Of a stretch of 64,000 bases of DNA, positions 53,738-64,000 are shown piece after piece. The DNA is from Octopus vulgaris (Eukaryota): NCBI GenBank assembly GCA_951406725.2, contig OX597822.1, positions 39,742,001 to 39,806,000 of the forward strand. Direction: 5' to 3'. Under the pieces are notes generated by a model. It did not search any database, was not told where the DNA came from, and saw only the letters and a list, made by a program, of their open reading frames with translations. Positions within the stretch are counted from its first letter, which is position 1, and the number at the start of each line of letters is the position of its first letter. Position numbers and translations under genes: made by a program.

Positions 53738-53793
<56 letters not shown>

Positions 53794-53803
53794 GTTATTA
53801 TTA

Positions 53804-53858
<55 letters not shown>

Positions 53859-53859
<1 letters not shown>

Positions 53860-54196
53860 GAGTGAGCGAGCAGAGCATGCCGTCAAAGTGACACTGGGGT
53901 AAAATATACGAAGCCCAGTATACCCATCATGACTACCCGTCTGATAAGGGTACACCAGGCACATGCATCACAACCATATGTGCGCGACATGGTGATCTCA
54001 TATCAAGATAAACAGCACATGACCTTGCAGGTGGAGCCCAGTTAGAATTTTCTTCAGATCGAGTAACCCATCCCGCTCAAAAGGTCCCTGAATAAGGGTT
54101 GTTTAAGGACGTTGAACGAAACACCCACGTTTCCAGAGGTGAATTATTCAAACCCCAAAGAATCCTTCTCAACACATGGCTATGATGCTCCCCCAC
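53859..54196 (-). mobile_element. Family D, 5'-truncated copy
   Basis: Matches 52803-53165; bounded on both sides by (ATT)n. Confidence 0.85.
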
Positions 54197-54275
<79 letters not shown>

Positions 54276-54666
54276 ATTATAGCACACATTATAAGTCTGT
54301 GCACAAGTATATACACTCCTGTTTTAATACCAGGTTACTAGTCTTAACCAATTTTATGACTGGGAGTAAGTCTCATACTAGATTTTTCAGTCTACCTAAC
54401 TGAAGGTACTGTTCGCCGAAACCGTGCTTACTTCGAGTGGAATTGAGCATACGACAGAAGTTCATAGATCATTCGAATATCTACGTTGCGCTAATTGATT
54501 TTCGACGTTCCACTTGCTGATGAATGTATTCAGTCACACGAAACCTCTACGTCCGAATGAATTTATTAATTTCGATAATCATATTAAGGTATGTTGCTAT
54601 ATTTATAAATGTTCTGCAAGCATTTATGGAACACTCACAGCTTCTGCAATATGACTTTGTATGAAT

Positions 54667-54728
<62 letters not shown>

Positions 54729-55697
54729 GCACCCGAACGTACGCACACTCAAACGCACGCACAAACTCACAAACGCACACACACACACACACACAAACAC
54801 ACGTACACACATACACGCGCGCACATATATTGACATACGCATACAGAAATACATGCTTATCATATATATGTATACACATACAAACTTACATACACACACA
54901 GACGTATATATGTATATATTTAAATGTCCATATAGACACACTCATCCATATACATATGCATAGGTACTTGTATATATATATGTATATACACACACATATC
55001 TACATTTACATACATATACACACACGTACACACATATATGTATACATACGCAAATATTTATACATGCACATACACACACACGTACATATTTAAAAGCTTT
55101 GTGTACTATGTCGTATGAGCCGGTTAGTGAAGGAGCGTGGCCTGGTAGCCAAGATGAAATACTTACGATCGCAAAGTCGTGGTTTCAATCGCCGGACGGA
55201 GTGGTGCTTTGTATTCTTTGTATTCTTGAGCAGACCACTTGTTTTCTCGTTGTTCCAGCGCCACTTAGCAATGAATGAGCAACTCTACGACGGACTGGCT
55301 TCCTGTCCAGGTGTAATGCTGTCACCTCGGTCACTTATATATCATGGTTACTGGGGTTACCGGCCATATGAGCTCCAGAGCTCTAGTCACAAAATAACGA
55401 GTTGCTTGCAACAACAATGAACATTTTGCAATGTCCGCTGGCATATATGGTAGTGGGATTTAACTTAAATTCTGCCTTGTGTTCTTCGTTCTTTATGATT
55501 AGTAGAAGGGCAGCGGCAGTCACCTTCATGAAGAACCACAAAGACTATTGGTAGATGTGACGGAAAGAAACTACAACTAATGACTTGGTTCGGAAGGACA
55601 AAGCAGGGTACACACTGCTAGAGAGCCCCAAGACCCAAGACCCAAGATCTAAAATTCAGTTCCTTCTATCGAATTAAATTTAACAAAAGTAATATTA

Positions 55698-55874
55698 GGC
55701 GTATGAGTGGCAGTGTGGTAAGTAGCTTGCTTACGAACCACATAGTTCCGGGTTCAGTCCCACTGCGTGGCACCTTGGGCAAGTGTCTTCTACTATAGCC
55801 TCGGGCCAAGGCCAACCAAAGCCTTGTGAGTGGATTTGGTAGACGCAATCTGAAAGAAGCCCGTCGTATATATG

Positions 55875-55964
<90 letters not shown>

Positions 55965-56399
55965 GAGAGTTTACGAAAACAAACAAAAGACGAAGACAGG
56001 TGGTGTACAACATAAACAGATGTATTAGTATAACGCTCAGGAATAGAAAAAGTCTTTTACGTTTCGAGCCTACGCTCTTCTACAGAATGGGACACAGAAA
56101 AAACAAGGAGAGAAAAAAATGTGTGTAGTGGCTAACGATATATCATGGCGACTGATATATATATATATATGTTTGTGTGTGCATATGTTTGTGTGTCTGT
56201 GTTTGTCCACCCAACATCGCTTGACAACCGCTGCTGGTGAGTTTACGTCCCCGTAACTTAGCGGTTCGGCAAAAAGAGACCGGTAGAATAAGTACATGGC
56301 TTACAAAGAATAAGTTCTTGGGTCGATTTGCTCGACTAAAGGCGTTGCTCCAGCATGGCCACAGTCACATGACTGAAACAAGTTAAAGAGCAAAAGAGT
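55698..56399 (+). mobile_element. SINE-B with family E element (55962-56152, -) nested in its internal microsatellite
   Basis: SINE head 55698-55870, then (TA)n(GA)n, the E element, (TA)n, and the SINE tail resuming at ~56170. Confidence 0.9.
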
Positions 56400-56700
56400 A
56401 CATCTCCTATAACCCATGCGATGTGTGTCCGTACAGACTCCATCTGCTCAAAACGTTTTGCTCAATTCAAGGTTACGACAGAAACAGAAAACATTATTGC
56501 TCTAAAGTGGAGGGCAGCGGAATTGAACTCAGAACCTGTAAATATCAAGCGAACCTTTGAAAGAAACGTAAATAAGAATTAAATAAAAATATCATGGCCC
56601 CATGCCACAGGCTGACGAAAGCCTAAAAGAGGGAAATTTGATAGCCGGAAGCTATTCGAAAGTCTGTTAGATGTATGTGTATGTACCGATATCTATACAG

Positions 56701-56764
<64 letters not shown>

Positions 56765-56827
56765 GTATAGATATCGGTACATACACATACATCTAACAGA
56801 CTTTTTCCCTTTCGGGCCAAGCTCTTG

Positions 56828-56894
<67 letters not shown>

Positions 56895-57128
56895 TATATG
56901 TAAACATATATATATATGTGCATACACACATATATATATATGTGAACATATATATATATGTGAACATATATATATATGTGCATACACACATATTGATGTG
57001 GGTGGGTGTCTGCTGCGGTTCTCCATTATCCCTCATCTGTTTTCCGCCTCCAACTTGTATGAACAAAGCAGACTCCAAGTCAAAAGACAGGACAGGAGAG
57101 ACTTCGCGCCGAAATTGAAATGTAAAAG

Positions 57129-57169
<41 letters not shown>

Positions 57170-57474
57170 AGGGAGAGAGGGAGTGAGAGGGAGAGAGAGG
57201 GAGAGAGAGGGAGAGAGAGACTGACAGACAAACAGACAGACAGAGACAGAGGCCGAGGTTGAGAGAGACGTGTCTCGGCATCAAAGACCATGATAAATGG
57301 TTATTATGTGTTCTGCAGGGGCCGGAAATTAGGTTATCAGTACAACGACCGGCAAAGGCTGTCATCACTGGGTGTTGGAGAATCTTTTGAAACGGTTGAA
57401 CGTCCTTAGGAAGAACTAAATAAATAAGACATGGCTAGTGTCCTCCCCCATACACACATACAAACATATATATT

Positions 57475-57538
<64 letters not shown>

Positions 57539-57631
57539 CATGCAAAGGGATTACGTACATTCGTACTCACAGATAAGAGAGATTTAGATGTTCTTCTTTA
57601 TGGGGTGAGTGTATTGTAGCGTGTGAGTATA

Positions 57632-57679
<48 letters not shown>

Positions 57680-57694
57680 AGAGAATTATTATTG

Positions 57695-57783
<89 letters not shown>

Positions 57784-57867
57784 TATACATATATATATAT
57801 ATACATATATATATACATATATATACATATATATATATATATACACACACATATATATATACATATA

Positions 57868-57924
<57 letters not shown>

Positions 57925-58168
57925 GTGTGTGTATGTGTGTGTGCACATTAACACTCAATGACATTTACACACTCAAACATACACACAGAAAATATATAGA
58001 CTCACGGACGCAGCCTCTTTTCAAGGGAAAGTGAAATGAAAAAACAAAAAACAAAAAACAAAAAACAAAAAAAGGAGTGGAACAGGACAAGCGTTCGAGG
58101 ATAAGCGTTTCTAATTCACTTAATTCTCCGTCTTGGAGAACGACATCAAACACAACCACAACCGCAAC

Positions 58169-58205
<37 letters not shown>

Positions 58206-59086
58206 CCTTTTTTGGGGGGGGGGGGGGCAAGTAGGGAAACAACCAGAATGAAACAAATGACAAGAAAAAAATAAGCAGTGAGGTATGTACATGTACTAAA
58301 GACCAAGGTGAAACGAATAAAAAAAAAACCCTCGTAATAATAAAGTCAAAAAAGGTTCCCAATATTTGATGGGTAGAGATATCTAAGGTTATTTAGGTGT
58401 AAAACCTTCCCCAAAATTCTCGTTTACTCACGAGCGTCAAAACCAAGGGTGACCCCTCTCTGCTTATATTTTCTTTCGTTTAGAGCCCCGTTATCAAGGT
58501 AAGGGCATTTATACTCGTCAATCCCTCTGCTGACGCCCAACCTTTCGTAAAATAGATTAGAGGGCAGCGCTTCCTTCCCTATTTTCATTCCACTCCTCAT
58601 ATGCTATTTGAAGAAATCAAGAGCTTGGCCCGAAAGGGAAAAACCTTGCCTACAAACCGTTTCACCGCGTCCAACACACACCTTCCTTTGTCATGGACAG
58701 GATGTTGAGGACGATTAATTGCCCTTCCTTGTGAAAGGTAGGCGACGATACGATTTTGTATTTTTTTAGTAGGTACGGCCGATAGCCGGATATGTCCTTA
58801 AACGTCACAGAAGCTGTTTCAAACAACCGTTAATAATAATTCTTTTTAATTTTGGCACATGACCAGTAATTTAGGGGGAGGGGATATGGCGATTAGAGCG
58901 ACCGCAAGTGTTCCATTGGTGCCTCGTATTTATTTTATTGACCTCGAAAGGGCGAAAAGCAACGTCGATCCCGGCGGAATTTGAACACAGAACGTAAAGT
59001 CGGACGAAATACTGCTAAACATTTCGCCCGGCGGGCTAACGACTCTGCCAGCTCGCTGCTTAAATATTAATAATAACAACAACAAC

Positions 59087-59136
<50 letters not shown>

Positions 59137-59165
59137 TAATAATAATAATAGTAATAATAATAAAA

Positions 59166-59200
<35 letters not shown>

Positions 59201-59204
<4 letters not shown>

Positions 59205-59897
59205 CCCTGATGCAGTACCAGGCAATGCCCTGATGCAGTACCAGGCAATGCCCTGATGCAGTACCAGGCAATGCCCTGATGCAGTACCAGGCAATGCCCT
59301 GATGCAGTACCAGGCAATGCCCTGATGCAGTACCAGGTAAATGCCCTGATGCAGTACCAGGCAGTGGCTCTCATGGCTTCTGATCTTAACTGATTGGAAG
59401 TGTTATCATGTACATTGTTTTGTCTTGGTATAAAAGATGGGCTACATCAAATATTCTGCTCAATACCACAGATTTGCTTGTCAGTTGTTTGACCTTAACC
59501 AGTTGAGCATGTCCCTTAGTGGCTGACGATATGTGCATCTCTGATCACGAGCAGAAGTAGTGGGGGAGCATCATAGCCATGTGTTGAGAGGGATTCTTTG
59601 GGATTTGAATAGTTCACCTCTGGAAACATGGGTGGTTCTTTCAACATCCTTAAACAACCCTTATTCAGGGACCGTTTGAGCGGGATGGGCTACTCAACCT
59701 GAAGAAAATTCTAACTGGGCCCCACCTGCAAGGTCATGTGCTGTTTATCTTGATATGAGATCACCATGTCGCGCACATATGGTTGTGATGCATGTGCCTG
59801 GTGTACCTTTATCAGACGGGTAGTCATGATGGGTATATTGGGCTTCGTATATTTTACCCCAGTGTCACTTTGATGGCATGCACTGCTCTTCTCACTC

Positions 59898-59898
<1 letters not shown>
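59201..59898 (+). mobile_element. Family D full copy with 7x 23-bp head repeat
   Basis: (aatgccctgatgcagtaccaggc)x7 at 59201-59362, then the body, ending gcactgctcttctcactc(aat)n; preceded by (AAT)n. Confidence 0.85.
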
Positions 59899-59952
<54 letters not shown>

Positions 59953-60107
59953 GTCCTTTGTATTGGAAGCACAAGGCCTTAAATTTGGGGGGAAGGGATT
60001 AAGTCGATTGCATCGACCCCAGTGCGTAACTGGTAGTCAATACAAAGATGAAGGCAAAGTCGACCCCCGCGGAATTTGAACTCAGGACGTATATATATGC
60101 ACGTATT

Positions 60108-60164
<57 letters not shown>

Positions 60165-60184
60165 GTTATGTGTGTGTGTGTTTG

Positions 60185-60742
60185 TGTGTATTTATATTAA
60201 AGCGCTATGTTTATGAATATCCATCTTTAAATATCACGCTAATTATGTAAAGAGACCTGCCTGAATTTCGGCTATAGCAAATATTTATTGTTAGTTCACG
60301 TATACATTGTTACTGAAATTAATTTACACCCACACACATACAAAAATGTACCCCCAGATGTGCGTATATTTATATATATGTGTATGCCCTTGTTTCTACA
60401 TATATGTGTGTGTATATATGTATGTATATACATGAATACATATACATACGTATGTGTATAAGTATATATCTTTATATGTATATGTAGCCATGTATATACA
60501 TATATACACACACATACATATATGTACAAAAAAGGACATACACATATATATACAAATATATATGCATATGGGGGTACATTTGTGTATGCAGGGGGGTGTA
60601 AAATAATTTCAGTAACAATGTATACGTGAACTAACAATACATATTTGATAGAGCCGAAATTCAGGCAAGTCTCTTTACATAATCAGCGTGATAGAGTTAA
60701 AAATGGATATTGATTTTTAAAGCGCTTAATACAAATACACTC
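60185..60742. repeat. Long imperfect palindrome (~260-bp arms)
   Basis: For example atgtaaagagacctgcctgaatttcggct vs agccgaaattcaggcaagtctctttacat, and ttgttagttcacgtatacattgttactgaaatta vs taatttcagtaacaatgtatacgtgaactaacaa. Confidence 0.9.
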
Positions 60743-60753
60743 ACACACACAAC

Positions 60754-61050
<297 letters not shown>

Positions 61051-61074
61051 AATATATATATTTGAATTTGTTGA

Positions 61075-61117
<43 letters not shown>

Positions 61118-61761
61118 AAAATACTATAATTATAAGCATAATTATAATTACGGTTTAGCAAATTTGCTTCACCACATATATATATATATTTAATTCAGAG
61201 TGACATGTTTCTGCAAATTAACCAATTTAGTAAAAAATACATTCACGAGATTCATCAACCGGATTTAAGGAAAGGTCGACCTGAATTTTTTTCCGGATAA
61301 AGTCCACTCGTGACAAACAGGTTGGGAGCTATGAAAATAGAATTTATATTCTACGTCACATTTACATCCCTAAGGGGGTCAACAATCACTGCCACATCTG
61401 TATTCACAATTATCTCTCCATAATTATCTTAGATAAATAAATTTTTAAAATGCATTCCAGTGCAGGAGACTACAAAAAAGCTCTATAAACTAATATTCAT
61501 AACATTACATTATGTAAACTTGCGAGTAGATACAGATATATATATATATATGTGTGTGTGTGTGTCTTTGTGTGCATGTATGTATATATAATTTAAGATA
61601 TATATATATGAACCCAAAAATTTGTCCTTAAGAAAACACGTATTTAAATGAATTTTAATGTCATGAATAGCGAAAGCGAAACCGGTTGACAAGTACAATA
61701 CAAGATATATTAATAATTATATTAAAACTATGTAAAGTGTGTGTATTTTCCTTCTTTAATT

Positions 61762-61799
<38 letters not shown>

Positions 61800-61801
<2 letters not shown>

Positions 61802-62350
61802 TAGCAGTATCGCCCGGCGTTGCTCGGGTTTGTAAGGGAAATAACTATATAAGCATTTTTAGAGAGTTACTTCCCTTATAGATGCCAATTCGGGCTTTCT
61901 TAGCCATTTCTGTTTTGGTGTCTTCAAGCCATGAAGTCGTTGTTCTAAAAGAACGCTGGTCTCCTTGACAACGCTTTACGACGTTGATTTCCTTACACTC
62001 CCTTCCCCACAGCTTCACGAGGGAGGGAAGAAGGGGGAGAAGCAAACAGGTGCAGGTGTGACCATGGACGCCAACTCCGCCGCCATCGACACACGAAAAA
62101 TTATGCATTAAAATGGAATAAAAAATGATGTTAAATTATTTTTAAAATCGTAGACTCATCGTAGACGCGCGCTAATATGAATCGTAGACGCGCGCTCGAT
62201 ATGAATCACGACTATAAGATACCCGAATTTGGTTAAACTGCATCGCAAAATGTGGGAGTAGTTAGGAATCTAAATCGAAGGGGACAGACACTCACACAAC
62301 TACAGTTTTATATATACACTCACACAACTACAGTTTTATATATATAGATA
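61800..62350 (-). mobile_element. Non-autonomous Helitron
   Basis: On the minus strand: 5' a|tctatatatataaaactgtag, and 3' hairpin cccgagc-aac-gccggg followed by CTAG|t. Internal 28-bp tandem duplication at 62289-62345. Confidence 0.8.
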
Positions 62351-62816
62351 TATCGAACAATGAACATGGGTATTCAAACGAACATCGGTGTTTTAATCCA
62401 AAATGGAGACGAACACCATGTCGAATCACTTCATGCTATAAATATTTGCATGTAAATACTGGTTTGGATAACCCTTTAGAATAGAAATAGCGTAGAAGGA
62501 TTCCCGTTGATATGATAGGCATTATCGTCGTGGCACTCCGTTGGCTACGACGACGAGGGAAACAGATGATCTAATCAACGGAAAAGCCTGCTCGTAAAAT
62601 TAACGGGAAGTACAGGTACAATAGAAAAAGGAAGGAGAGAAAGTTATGGTGAAAGAGTACAGCAGAATTCGCCACCACCCGCCGGAGCCTCGTGGAGCTT
62701 TAGGTGTTTTCGCTCAATAAACACTGACAACGTGTTGGGAATCGAAACCGCCGTCCTACTGTCGCGAGTCCACTGCCCTAACCACTGGGCCATTGCGCCT
62801 CACACACACAAACATG

Positions 62817-62944
<128 letters not shown>

Positions 62945-63117
62945 TATTGTCACAATGAGGATATCCAAACCTCTTATAGGGATATTTTTTCAAGATGCTC
63001 TAGTTTATTATATTAAATATTGAAAAGATAATCCTTCAATGAATATAATGTATTGAATATCGTAAGATATCAAACATTTTATTAAGTTAGAAAACATAGA
63101 GATTTGATGGATAGAAA

Positions 63118-63752
63118 TTAATTTATTGATTAATCAACATATTCACCAACAATTGTTTCATTTCTCAAATAAGATTAAAATTTCAAAACATATATAAAAA
63201 TATAATTTTGTATTTTAAATTCCTTATAAGGAAAATCATCTGGATTTTCAGAGGGCAATAAGAATACTTTCGGAATATATATAGAATATATAAATATGTA
63301 TGTTGGGGCACGAGGCTTAGTGGTTAGGGTGTTGAATTCATGATCGTAAGGTTGTGGTTTCGATTCCTGGACCGGGCGATACGTTGTATTCTTGAGCAAA
63401 ACACTTAATTTCAAGTTGCCATAGTCCACTCACCTGACAAAAATGAGTAATCCTGAGAAGGACCGGCGTCCCGTCCAGGTGGGGAATTTCTACCCCACTG
63501 AAACCGGACAACCGGCCCTTATGAGCCTGGCATGGCTCGAGAAGGAACATTTATTTCATATTTTATAAATATGTATGCTATGCGTGTGCGTACATATCCT
63601 AATGTAATCCTTATTGTCCTCTGAAAAACCCGACGATTTTCCTTACAAAATATCTAAAATGCAAAAGTATATCTTTATATGTGTTTTATAATTTTAATCT
63701 TATTTGCCAAGTGAAGCAATATTTGGTAAATATGTTGATTAATTAATAAATT
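63118..63752. repeat. Inverted repeat (~150-bp arms) enclosing a SINE-C (63305-63549, +)
   Basis: aaggaaaatcatctggattttcagagggcaataag vs cttattgtcctctgaaaaacccgacgattttcctt; ttaatcaacatatt vs aatatgttgattaa. Confidence 0.8.
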
Positions 63753-63765
63753 AATTAGATCTCTC

Positions 63766-63823
<58 letters not shown>

Positions 63824-64000
63824 AGAGAGAGAGAGAGAGAGAGAGAGAGAGGTGCAGTCATGGCTGTGTGGTAAGATGTTTGCTTCTCAACCACAAGGTT
63901 TCGGGTTCAGTTCTACTGCCTAGCACTTTAGGCAAGTGTCTTCGTTTATAGCCTCGGGTCGACTAGAACCTTGTGAGTTGATGGAAACTGAAAGAAGCCG

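Noticed and set aside
59201-59362. CRISPR-like 23-bp direct repeats
   Set aside because: No spacers, no cas genes, eukaryotic context; it is the reiterated head of a dispersed repeat.

Overview
AT-rich eukaryotic, repeat-saturated window with no supportable host protein-coding exon, rRNA, true tRNA gene or CRISPR array. Nearly all ORFs in the track are translations of microsatellites ((TA)n, (CA)n, (CATA)n, (TATC)n, (AAT)n, (GA)n). The repeat families resemble those I associate with octopus genomes (inference from recall, not checked). Contents: about 40 copies of three tRNA-derived SINE families (my labels A, B, C); decayed LINEs (CR1-like x2, RTE x3, one AP-endonuclease LINE, R4/Dong-like restriction-endonuclease LINEs in microsatellites); Tc1 and DD37D/maT transposons, several MITEs, a hAT fossil and Helitron-like non-autonomous elements; and short Penelope-like non-autonomous elements with minimal hammerhead-ribozyme motifs. 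Best leads: (1) SINE-A multimers joined at one fixed base in the tRNA-like hairpin, with a 6-unit array inside one 16-bp target duplication; (2) a tRNA-headed element with a Penelope-type hammerhead tail and an inverted terminal copy, plus a family with a recurrent non-canonical hammerhead core; (3) a two-step templated insertion inside a (TA)n tract; (4) microsatellite-targeted Dong-like LINE and non-autonomous partner stacking; (5) a strand switch of all SINE-B copies at about 27-31 kb. Coordinates were read by eye, and ends of decayed elements are approximate.
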